Assembly: GCF_963506605.1 (NCBI RefSeq)
Contig: NC_083276.1
Coordinates: forward strand, 84,754,001-84,818,000
Source: Zootoca vivipara
Taxonomy: Eukaryota
DNA length: 64,000 nt
Direction: 5' to 3'
Shown here: positions 1 through 11,545 of the stretch, in pieces
Layout: every line of letters begins with the position of its first letter
Numbering within the stretch: the stretch's first letter is position 1
The notes under the pieces: generated by a model
The model's database searches: none
What the model was told of the DNA's origin: nothing
The model's input: the letters and a program-made list of their open reading frames with translations, nothing else
Made by a program: the position numbers and the translations under genes

Positions 1-94
1 GAGGGAGGTCAGACTAGATGTTCTCACTGATTATTCTGCTAAATAAAAAAAATCCTTCATTAGCACCTAAAAGACCAACTAAGTTTTTATTTTG

Positions 95-132
95 GTATGA
101 GCTTTCGTGTGCATGCACACTTCTTCAGATAC
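95..132 (-). ncRNA. Minimal type I hammerhead ribozyme motif
   Basis: The minus strand reads GUAU-CUGAAGA-A-GUGUGCAUGCACAC-GAAA-GC-UC|AUAC. The catalytic core is complete, stem I is GUAU/AUAC, stem II is palindromic and stem III is the palindrome AGCU. Confidence 0.7.
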
Positions 133-148
133 ACTTGAAACAGAAGAG

Positions 149-187
<39 letters not shown>

Positions 188-191
188 TTAT
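149..191. repeat. (TTA)n microsatellite
   Basis: Read directly; lies inside the Penelope-like remnant. Confidence 0.95.
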
Positions 192-370
192 TATGCTTCG
201 ACTCAGACCAACACGGCTACCTACCTGTGATTATTCTGCTGTTGCAGACTAGATAGGCATACCTTTGGCTAATCACTGCATTTGGTGTAGCTCATTTGGA
301 TAATTAATTTAACTTACAAAAAATATCCACATTTTGTGTATATGTCTAAGGGAGAATTAAAGTTCCCTGA

Positions 371-543
371 GGCTGCATACATACCACACATTAAAAGCAT
401 CAGACTTTCCCCAAAGAATTATGGGAACTGTAGTTTGTCCCTTGTGTAGCTACAATTCCCAGCAACCTTAACAAACTATAGTTCCCAAGATTCTTTGGGG
501 AAAGTAACATACAGTACTTTCAATGCATGGTGTGTACAGAGCC
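371..543. mobile_element. Palindromic MITE (GGCT...AGCC ends, PIF/Harbinger-like)
   Basis: Long imperfect inverted arms (ttccccaaagaatt..gggaactgtagtttgt / acaaactatagttcccaagattctttggggaa). A related partial copy lies at about 50915-51230. Confidence 0.6.
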
Positions 544-1040
544 ATAGAAACCTGAATCCTTTGTGCTATTACCAAAACAAGAAGATTAATGCTTTTGATC
601 CAGTGGTAGACAGCTGTGCAGTGCAGTACCAACTCTGCTGTCTCTCTACTTCTATCCACTACTGTATATAACTTTGAGCAGCACAAACTACCGTTTCTGA
701 TGATTTGAAAAAGTTTATGTTTCTCATACTTCTGTAAATTTGAGTATGGGAAACCAACTCTGTTCCAGTTCCTCTGTGCTGCTTCATAATTCTCTCCCCT
801 GGATTTGCAGGGAGTTTTGTGCTTCATAATTTCCTCCTCTAGTTTATAGTCACTGACTTTGTATATAGTTGCTGGGACATTGCCTCCTCTTTTCCACCTC
901 TCTCTTCAAATAAGGCCTGTCTTTACTTACTTCCCTCCTCACAGGGACCATCTGGAGGAAGCACCAGGCCTGCCCACTAGCTTGTCATGTGACGACTCCT
1001 TGTGACTCTCTTGTCCCGGGCTGAAGTTGTAACCAAAGAG

Positions 1041-1611
1041 ATGGAGCTGCAGCTGTGTGTTTTGATGGTGGTGTTGGGAGGCCTGCAACTCCAGGTAAGC
1101 AACAAGAAGGAGAGCTGCAGGAGGGTGTTTCTTTGGAAGAAACAGCTGAGATGGAACCATATTAGACTGCCTAGGGGAATTTTAGGGATTTCCTTTTCTG
1201 TTGCTTTAGATTCCCCACTTGCTCTCCCCCCAGTCAAACTGAGCTCAAGCTTCTCCTGGTTCCTTTCCCCCATCTATTATTTTGCCTGTTGTATAGGAAT
1301 GGGTTCATATGTAATCAAGCCATCCTGCTTTTAAAAAAAATCCCATTCAGCCAAGAAAATGGCTGCAAGGCAGAGAGAGAAACTAGCTACATTCCCAAAT
1401 GTCAGATTCTTGGTGAATTGGCCAGTAATGAGGAGTCTGTACTAGTGGAAACAATTTCAGGGGCAGGACAAGGTAAGGCGAACTAAATGACAAAAACTTT
1501 GTTTATGTGTGTGTGAATATTTGCAGAGGGTAAAGCAGAGCATTGGAAGCAGAGATTTGAGTGGCTTCAAATTATGATTTAGTAAATGGGCCACACGGAA
1601 ACCAGTGATTA

Positions 1612-1648
<37 letters not shown>

Positions 1649-4600
1649 TGAGTCTTGGAGGGAGTGGGTCAGACTTGAACCTCAGGTGCAAATCTTGACT
1701 GGGATCTTAGAATTGATCTTCTAGGATCTGGAGAGGGATAATGTCTCATAAATCCAGGAGGATTCTTTTCAAAGCAATCACCCACAAAACAGTCCATGTC
1801 AAACTTACTACCCAGGTTCCATAGCCAGGGAGATGACATAAATATCTCTTTCTTTGGCAGAGGGGCTCCTGCCAACCTAGCAGTTTGAAAGCACGTCAAA
1901 GTGCAAGTAGATAAATAGGCACCGCTACAGCGGGAAGGTAAACGGTGTTTCCGTGTGCTGCTCTGGTTTGCCAGAAGCGACTGTCATGCTGGCTACATGA
2001 CCTGGAAGCTGTACGCCGGCTCCCTCAGCCAATAACACGAGATGAGTGCCGCAACCCCAGAGTCGGTCACGACTGGACCTAATGGTACAGGTCCCTTTAC
2101 CTGTACCTTTATGGCAGAGAGGAAGAGTATGACATTCTCTATTTGATCCTCCCAGCAGGAGTAGGGACGACGTTTCAATTTTATACAAAAAATAATCATA
2201 TTCTCTTTTCCCTCCTGTCCTGAATGCCAGGCCTCCTCAACAGACCGTTCCTTCCGCATTGATTATGTGAATAACTGCTTCCTCAAAGATGGTGCTAGAT
2301 TTCGCTATATCTCAGGCAGCATCCATTACTTCCGGGTCCCACCTGCCTATTGGAAAGATCGGCTCCTCAAGATGTATATGAGTGGCCTCAATGCTGTGCA
2401 AATGTAAGTGACCAGAAGGGGAAGTGTGGCTCTTGGGACTTATTCTGTGCCACAGTGAAGGACAGAGGCTCATGAGTATGCACAGGTGCTCCATTTTTCT
2501 CACTGTACAGTCCTCACTGCAGGCTCTGGCCAACATTTAGAGCAGAGAAGCTTATGCTGTCTGAAAGTGGAGCTGCCCCAAGTACGGGAGGTTATTTGCA
2601 CAGAAAACATGCAGCCAAGATGGCAAATACATAAGCCTGTTCCCGTATGTACAGCTTTCTTTTAAAATGGAATCACCTCCACTCTTCATCCCAACCTGAA
2701 AGCTGAGGGAGAAAGATTTCTGTTCATGCCCCCTCTGCTCCTTGTTATATTGAAATGTTTGGCCATAATAAACTGAAAACCAGTTGAAGATGGATGGTGT
2801 TTCTGGCACCTATAATAATTACATCGCAGAGGAAATGTCAGTGGGGGTAGCTTATTATGCAAACTATACCTACTGAAATTCCCTCTTCTGCACAACTATT
2901 AAAGGTGCAAGAGCTGTGTCCTCTTTTGGATCTGGACAGCCTAGGCCATAATAATGTGTGTGTGTGTGTGTGTAATGTATTTAATTTGTATACCAGCCTT
3001 CATCTGTATATCTCAGGGCAGTTCACAACATAAAATTACAATATAAAAAGTGTAACAAATTCCTGCCCTGTTAATCCTCAAGCATCTCCTGGGGTGTATC
3101 CTCCCTGTCTCAACTTCTTATTTCAAACTGAAATGTGTATTTTCACCCTTCAGCTATGTGCCCTGGAACTACCATGAGCCACAGCCTGGTGTCTACAACT
3201 TTTCTGGTGACAGAGACTTGGAAAAATTCCTGAACTTGGTAGCCGAGTTCAACCTTTTTGTGATCTTGCGCCCCGGACCCTACATCTGTGCTGAATGGGA
3301 GATGGTGAGTGCTGGGCAAAAGATTGAGATGGGCTAAGACTCATTTGCTGTACCTGAATGCTGCACAGTTCACCTTTCACACACAAAGGGTTGCTACCCT
3401 CTCCTGAGTGGATAATTTTATCCTCTTTAACTCCTTACCTTGCCTTACCTTTCTGAGTTTTCAGCTTTGCCTTACCTTTCTTGGTTTTTAATCTTCTACT
3501 TTTTCTCTTCATTCTCTTTCCCAGTTCTTGATCTCTACACATTTTCTTGCTCTCATGGCTTCAGCAACTTTTTTATGATAACAAATCTTGCCTTCTGACC
3601 TTTCCACCATTTCTTATTGATTTGGAGCAGGAGAGGAGCAACTACAGACCCTGACATTATTTGAACTGTTTACCTCTTGGCCTTCTTTCCTAGGGTGGCC
3701 TTCCATCCTGGCTGTTGACTAAGCCTGATATTGCCCTGCGCACAACTGACTCAGGTAAGATAGAACTAGAGGGACGGGGCAGACCCTCTGGATCTCATGT
3801 TCAATTCTGTAGTTTTATTTATTTCATAAAATTTATATACCGCTTGACTGTAGAAAACCTCAGAATGGTTTGCAAAAAGATCAGGGGTGGGGAACCTGTG
3901 GCTCTCCAGATGCTTTTGGATTCCATTTCCCATCCACCCCAGCCATCATTGTTCAGGAATGATTGGAATTATAATCCACAAGATCTGGAGAGTTGTAAGT
4001 CCTAAATGGTTGGGTGTCTTTGTGTGGTTCTGGCTGCTAGAGGGCCAGTCACCTGGGCCTTCCAACTTCCATGTCTCTTCCACAGAATTAAAGCAGCCCG
4101 TGTGAGTGGTATATAACAGCCAAAGGGCACTTCCAGACCTTTTCTCTGTACACAGTACCACAATTACCAATTCTTGCCTTAGCAAGGTGTTGGAAATAGG
4201 GGAAAGGAGCCCCAGTTGTTGGCTGACCAAGCTGATTCATGCTCCTAGATTACCTGCAAGCTATGGACAGATGGTTGGAAGTCCTGCTGCCCAAGATCAA
4301 GCCTCATCTCTACAACAATGGAGGCAACATCATCAGTGTCCAGGTGCGTGCAGCATAGGCACTATTCAGCATAGGCTCCTGTCAAGCATTGTGTGTCCCT
4401 GGGCCTCTGGTTGCACCTTCAGACGTTCCCGGATGTGAAACATGTACCATACAGAGCCCTAAGTAACTTACTATTGGAGTACAAGTGTATAGCTTTTACA
4501 CCAGGCTCTACTTGGTGGATCTCAATATTTCAGTTAAAAACAAAGACAAAAGACTGCTCACCCCTACTTTAAACCACTGCTTTGTGCCTGCCTCCCCCTG

Positions 4601-7600
4601 TGCAGTAGGAGGGACTTGTAAACAATAAAGCCCTTCAGGCACCCTTGGAACTTTCAAGAACAGTATTTTTTCCTCCTTTACAAAGAGCGGAGGTGCACCT
4701 ATTTGGGTGACTAGCCTCCCGTGCAAATTGGGTTGGGCACCATCCTATACAAAGATTTATCACACACCTTTTTCTTTGGGCAGGGTGTGGGCTCTGAGTC
4801 ACCTTTCTTTAATGCCAGCTGTTCCCCAGGCAGGTGGAGAATGAATATGGGAGCTACTATGCCTGCGACTATAACTACATGCGCCACCTACTGGCTGTCT
4901 TTCGTGCCTACCTTGGCGAGGAAGTTGTGCTCTTCACCACAGATGGCACCTCAGTGTCTGAGCTCAAGTGTGGGGCAATGCAGGGCTTATATGCCACGGT
5001 GGACTTTGGACCAGGTAGAGTGATGTTGGATGAGCTCTGATGTGATTGGTAAGAGGTAGGAAGGAATTTTGCTTTGACTTCTGCTCCTTTCTTTGCCCTT
5101 TGACAGAAGAAAACGTGACAGAAGCATTTATGCTGCAGCGACTGTATGAGCCAAAGGGACCACTGGTGAGAGGGTTTGCCCTTTCCATGTAGAATAATGG
5201 CATCTCATGTCTTAAATTTTGCTTACTCTTTCCTTGGCACCCATCTCCAGAAATAATCTGGCTGCATCTTAACTGAGCCATCTTCTGTTTTATTTCCACC
5301 CCTTATACTTGACTGCCATGACCCTTCTGTTTCCAAGGCAGCCAGAGAGTCATGTATGCGAAATCCTCATTTGTCCCAGCTATGAGACTATAGATCTTGT
5401 AGCCCAGTGCTTTCAGGAGCCTCTTGATAGGCTATGAGCTGGCCTGTCTTTGCACGAAAGCAAATTATTCCAGAGCCATAATCCCACTGCTGTGGACCTT
5501 ATCACACAAAAATTGGTTGGAAGTTGCATATTGCCCAGTGTTGCAGTGAAAGCTAGTCACACCACATAGCCTGTCCTGGGCATTATAGGTGTGAGGAAAT
5601 CTCCATCTGGTACAATGAGATTCCAACACAGGGGAGGGAGCAAACTTGGTATTTCCTATTCCCAGTACTTTAGCAGAAGTGATGGAATTGACCTGACTGC
5701 TACTGCTCCATAAATGTTTTAATTCTGCCTTCCTCCTAGGTGAATTCTGAGTTCTACACTGGCTGGCTGGATTACTGGGGTGAGACACACTCCACAAAAA
5801 GTGCTAAGAAAGTGGCTTACAGCCTACAGAAGATTCTAGAAATGGGAGCCAACGTCAACATGTAACCGTGAGGCCATAGGGGAGAGTGGGGCACAAGGGA
5901 TGGTACAAAGAAACAAGAGCTAGATGCCAATCTATGGCTCTTTGCTTCATCTTGTTAACTGTGAACCTCTTGTTTTGCCCTTATGTGTGCACCACATTTT
6001 CACGTCTTTTTTGGCCATTTCCATAGCGGACAAAAATTCCTCTGCAGAACAAGAGTAAGGTGCATGGTCTTAGACAGTGCCCTAGGCCAAAGACTAGCAC
6101 ACTTCTATTCCAAAGCATTCCCCAACTGCTACACCACATTAGTTCACATCTATTTGTTTCCTCTTCCACTGCCTGTCATTGCCCCTTTATTTAAATAGGA
6201 GGGTAACTCTTCCTGTGATATCTGACTTTCTTCCAGGTATATGTTCCAAGGTGGCACCAACTTTGGTTACTGGAGTGGTGAGTTTCTGGCTCCTTAGGGC
6301 AACTAGGGAGACTTAGCTTCTGGCCAGATGATGGAGGTGTTGGGGGGGGGCACATAAGAGGTACTTTCTTCTCACACCTTCTCTATCCAGGTGCTGATTA
6401 CAAGGATGGTTACAAACCCATAACTACTAGCTATGACTATGACGCACCACTCTCAGAGGCTGGAGACCCTACTGACAAGCTGTATATCATCCGCTCAGTC
6501 ATTAGCAAGGTAACAATCCAGCCCTCTTCTATCAGTGGGTGGAATGCAGTTACTGAAATAAAAGGAGTCACTTATTTTATCACTGAGCTTTTAGCACCAC
6601 TGAAGTGGGTGCATGCATGCATACACAGGGTATGGCTTAGAGTTGGATTTACACCAAGCTCAGTTCAGTAACTCATTGCCATATGCCTGGTGCCAACCTT
6701 GTCCGCTTTTAGATGCAGAGCTAAGACATTTCTGATTGCCCAGATTTTTGGTTCTTAACCTATATAGTTCTATGGGTATGATTTATGACCTATTTTTGGT
6801 GCTAATCTTTTAATGAGGTTGAATCATTTTTATTATTGCTTTTGGAAGAAGATCTTCATACATTTTTATTTTATATTTATTCTGTGTACCTGTTTTTTAA
6901 ATGGTTGATAAGTTGTTTGCTATTTTGAAATATTTTGTAAATTGTTTTGAGACATTTTTGTAGAAAGTGATGAATCAATGCAATAAATAAAATAAATAAG
7001 CAGCCACCAGCCAAGCAGCAGATTTGAGGAGAAAGAGGGAACAAGTGTTTGAGAGACTGTGTGTGTGCATGTAAGAGGTTCTAACAGCATAGCATCTTTA
7101 CTCAAAAGTAAGTCCTACTCAGTGGAGCTTGTTCCCTGTTGCACTCATGCCATACATGGTTTGGAAGTTGTAGATGATGTACTTTAGCACAGGCACAGAA
7201 ATACAAGGTGCTTTTAGTTTTCATTATTATTTTTATCCTATCCTTTCTCTAAGCTCTGGGTAGCTTTGCAAGGTTATCCTACCCCCCTTTATCCTCACAA
7301 GATACTGGTGAAATGAGTTAGCCTGAGTGATTGGTCTGCAGCAAAATGTTTTGAGCTAGCTTGCTTCCCTAACTACATGGTTTTGTTTTGTTTTTTTAAA
7401 AACTTCAGTTTCAGGAGCTGCCCGCAGGACCAATGCCACCCCCTACCCCGAAGTTTGCATATGGCTATGTATCCTTACCCCAGGTGAGTGAGAGCTAGAA
7501 ACCATTCCCTTACAAGTGCATGTCTTTGGATGGATGATGGAGTGACTTTGCTCTCTTGTGGGCGCATTCCTGAACTTTCAGTGTGTTTCAGCTGAGGTGC

Positions 7601-10467
7601 AAGTTGGTAAGGCAGGAAAGCAAACTGGGGAGAAGTCTGAAGGAAGTGAAACGGGAGCTGGTGGAAAGCAGAGGAGCCTCTGTGATGATGGTATATGAGA
7701 GACTGCACATGTAAAGATAGGTACAGGGCCTTCTTGGTGGTGGCACAACAGACTCATTTTTAGATTGTGCTTAAAATTTTTATTTCTGAAAGCATTTTAT
7801 GATTGACTCTACAATCTTTATTTGTTTTCTTCTGTTTTTAGTGTTGCTATATTTATACTTAGCTTTGGGGTGATAAGAAAATTAACAGTAGCCATTTGTG
7901 TGGGGAGGGGAGGATACTTAAATAATTTAACAATTTAAAGGCAATAAATGAACCCATCCTCCTTTCTGTAGCGTGTGGCCTTGCTGGATGTTCTTGCCAT
8001 TCTCTCGCCTTCCTTGCCGTTCTATTCCTCCTATCCTATCACCTTTGAAGCTCTGAAGCAGGTAAGAAAGTAGATTAAGAGTGGGTCAGCAAAGGCCCAT
8101 GGCTATTTCTGCTCAAGAGTCCCCAGTGATATCGCAGTTGACACCTCTTGCGGATTCTGTTCTGCATTCCAGGCCCATGGCTTCATGCTCTACCGGACCC
8201 TTCTACCACAGGAAATCGTGGAGTCTGCCTTGCTCAGTGCCTCTGGGAATGGGGTCCATGATCTTGCCTACGTTCTGCTCAATGGAGTAAGGTGGAGAGT
8301 GGGGACCTTCCTAGTGGGTAGGGAAGATTATTACTTAAGTAAACCGAAGGGTATAACAAGTCCTGGGCCCACAGTCTGGTTCACTGCATTTTCATAGGAT
8401 GGGTCAGAGCCTGGAGCACACAGGAGCTTTGCTTCAGCTCTGTATCAGAGCACCAGTTAACCTTATTTCTTTCCTGCTTCAGGTGTACCAGGGGACACTG
8501 GAAAGAGACAGAGTGAATGGAATCAATATATCGGGCCAGCTTGGGGACACACTGGACTTGGTGGTGGAGAGCATGGGTCGCATCAACTTTGGGGCCAATG
8601 ACAGTGACTTTAAGGTGCATTTGAAAAGGGAGCCTGGGGCTACTACTGCCATAATAGTTGGCTGAAGGATCACACTTCCACTATTGTCCATTGGAGGCAT
8701 GCATGTTTGGCATGGACTTAAAGGCTGCTGTCTCATACGCATACAGGAGTAACTATGGAATTCAAACTGTAATACTGTACAGTGATAATCAGCACATTAA
8801 GTCATTAAGTGGTCCACCAAGGCACTTGGCAATTTCCAAGTGGTCTGTGGGGAACCACTGGACTAGAGTCTAATGAAAGAAGTGAGAGCCTTCTCTGTGT
8901 TTTGGAAAATTCTATTGTGCTGCCTTAGGAAATGGGCTACAGTAGAGCTGAAGTGGGGCAGTCCCACTTTTTCGCCACTGCAAGATCTGATGCGACTTAA
9001 GTCAATAATGTAAATGGCAAAATAGATCTAAGAATGAACACTCAGGGGTGTTGGGGTGCACTGCTGTGCTGGTTATTTGCCAGCTATCTACTACACCATC
9101 TCCTCCTGTGCGTGCTTTTCTAACCTTATTCTCGACTGCACATAACCTGCCTCTAACTTATATTTGTGCCCAGGGTCTGATCCACAATATCACATTGGGT
9201 ACCTCCATACTAAGTGACTGGATCATCTACCCCCTGGACATAGACACAGCTGTAGCCCATGCGTGGCCGCCAAGTGCCCAATCAAGCAGTGGGCACACAG
9301 GACCTGCTTTCTATACAGGAACATTCACAACACCGGGCATCAGTGAGGACTCCTACTTGAAGCTCCCAGGTTGGACCAAGGTATTGCAATCCTCAGATTA
9401 ACTCCAATTTTATTTATTAATTAAACTGATAACCGCCAGTGTTCAAAACTCTCATTGCTCTAGGCACATTTTGTGACAGGGAATTTCATTAGCGCAAGCT
9501 AAAATTTCAGATTAAAACTGCAGAGTGGAAGGAAAGGAGGACCATTTTCTGCCTCCCCACTTCCAGCTATTCTCTGAAGACTGGAGAAGAAACCCTCTTA
9601 AGAATATTAGGGGGGTGAGCAGCAGCAGGAGGACTAGACCATGTGAAATGAATGTAATAATTTAGCTGCAGCTCATTCATTTTCAGCTTTGTATTGTTAT
9701 AAAAAAGGGTGTCTAGACATTCCGTTGTTGCGCCCATAACCTAAATGCGGTCATTTAGCTCCTAGCTTTCATTTCTTTGTTTCGAACACTGATACCCGCC
9801 CTTCCTCCTACAGCATCATGAGTAGACCAATCTTCATTGAGACAGCTATGTTCTTTCCCTCAGCTTTTCTGCTGTGTCTAGTTATGGGCAAAAGGGCCCC
9901 TGCCACCCAAACAGCTACCGGGTAGTTGCCACTCTTACACATTGATAATCTTAAAACAGTGGCTGGAGAAAGGGTAATAGTATCAAACTAGTGGTATAAT
10001 AAATGTTAAGACCATGGACATAAAGTCAGTCTGTGCCCACCTACTCCCTAAGAAATTGTGCTTAAAATCAGTGCAATGTGTTTTGAAGGAAACATGTTTC
10101 CCACTGCACCCATCAAGCTGTGTTTGTTTCAAAAGATTTAGGTGTCAATAAGAGTGGATAAAAGTGGCTGTTGGAACCAAGAATAGTAGTGTTTCAGGGT
10201 GCTCCAAAAATGTCGTCTTATAAAAGCCCCTCTCACGTTTTCACCCAGGGTCAGGTCTGGATCAATGGTTTCAACCTGGGCCGGTTCTGGCCAGTTCGTG
10301 GACCGCAGCAAACTCTCTTTGTGCCTGGCTCATTCCTCAGTGGCTCAGCCATCAACACTCTCGTCGTTCTCGAACTGCAGGAAGCCCCGGATAATCCCAA
10401 AGTGCTTTTTGTTTCCCGCCCCCTTCTCAATGTTACCTACACCTACACCCACAAAGATAGGAAGTGA
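1041..10467 (+). CDS. GLB1L: Beta-galactosidase-1-like protein (GH35), 16 coding exons, about 630 aa
   Basis: Exons: 1041-1094, 2231-2403, 3154-3304, 3694-3754, 4249-4343, 4834-5014, 5107-5165, 5740-5861, 6237-6277, 6391-6509, 7409-7483, 7972-8061, 8173-8286, 8483-8614, 9174-9380, 10249-10467. All introns are GT-AG with consistent phase; total 1893 nt. GH35 motifs are present: [34 protein letters not shown] (acid/base Glu), [13 protein letters not shown] (nucleophile Glu), [28 protein letters not shown]. The N-terminus looks like a signal peptide. GLB1L rather than GLB1 is inferred from synteny with ANKZF1/ATG9A/ABCB6. The ATG exon has an acceptor at 944, so the first exon lies upstream. Confidence 0.92.
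1614..1646. repeat. (TG)n microsatellite
   Basis: Read directly from the sequence. Confidence 0.95.
1865..2111 (+). mobile_element. Sauria SINE, 5'-truncated
   Basis: Aligns by eye with the reverse complement of 38742-39093 and ends in an accttt-type tail. Possible TSD tggcagag (1855-1862 / 2112-2119). Confidence 0.85.
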
Positions 10468-11481
10468 GAGGAACTACTGTCCAGCTACAAAGTTGCTGAG
10501 ATCTGCATGTGTTACTCCAAGGGAAAGACTGAAACCATCACAATGTAGGAGGGCAATGAATAGAGGGCACTGTCAGATGAAGGTTCTGTGCTTTTAAAGA
10601 GTAGCCCAGGCAAAACAAAAAGCTAGAAATAGATTGTAAGTATTCAAAACCCTTCAGGGGCGTCTCCTTCACAGCTGCTGCTGTATAGGGCACATTACCA
10701 TGGACAGACTCTTAGTGCCTTAATATGGTGTTTTAGGTACTGGACCTTGGATTAAATATTCATACACCTACCACAGTTCTGCATTGTAGTTTATTCATTC
10801 ATAATACTTTGAGAGGCTGGGGCAGGGGGAAGAGAAAGGTACGGGGAAAGGCAAATAAGTATGGCTCCAGTTGGAAGCTGCCCAAACAGTGCAATAAAAA
10901 TAGTGGTGGCAGCCATCCAAGGGGTGGCAGATATTGGTGACATGGCACAATACCCGGCACCCCAACCTCAATGCAAGATTAGCAGCAAAGGGAGAAATTC
11001 TCTGCACCACCTTAAAAAGGACATTTGTTGTATCTTGACTCATAAGCGTTCTTGTATAACTTGTTTTGCAGTAACTTTTAGAGACACAGTCAGGGCTAGA
11101 GATAGCAGCAGGTCCATGTTACTGTAGCTATTATTTTATTTGAGGAAATAACTGATCAAATAGCTCTTTTCCTGGAAAAATGCTCTCGGTATACTCCATG
11201 AGCTAGCAAAGAAACCAGTGTCTCACCCTCTTCTCTCCAGTCTCTAAAGGGAACCTGTACTCCTTTCCTCATGGAAAGCAATCTTCCAATGCCTCCTCCA
11301 ACCCCATACATAAACTCCTGCTTCTAGTGTTAAAAGGGAGAAAAAGACCTTTTAGAGGTGTCATTTCTCAGCCAGTAAGGTACCAGCTGCCCATGTTAGC
11401 CTCCTCTGGAGTACACGGAAGCAGCTAATATGTTTTTGCTGCACTTTCTCATCTAAGTGACAGCAGTCATAGATTAGATTT

Positions 11482-11487
11482 TTTATT
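11482..11487 (-). terminator. Probable ANKZF1 proximal poly(A) signal
   Basis: AATAAA on the minus strand about 60 nt after the stop. Further minus-strand AATAAA occur at 11135-11140 and 10790-10795. Confidence 0.55.
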
Positions 11488-11545
11488 TCCATTCAGATTC
11501 TGGGAAGTAGATAATGAAGGCCCAAATATATATAAAAAAACCTAG

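Larger units (their letters stand above)
41..227. mobile_element. Penelope-like retroelement remnant (inverted termini) with 13-bp TSD
   Basis: Flanked by the direct repeat TGATTATTCTGCT (28-40 and 228-240). Contains tagcacct..aagaccaac..gagctttcgtg..cttcttcaga and cagaccaacacggctacc, which resemble reptile Penelope termini, with an internal (TTA)n. Family call is from recognition only. Confidence 0.7.
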
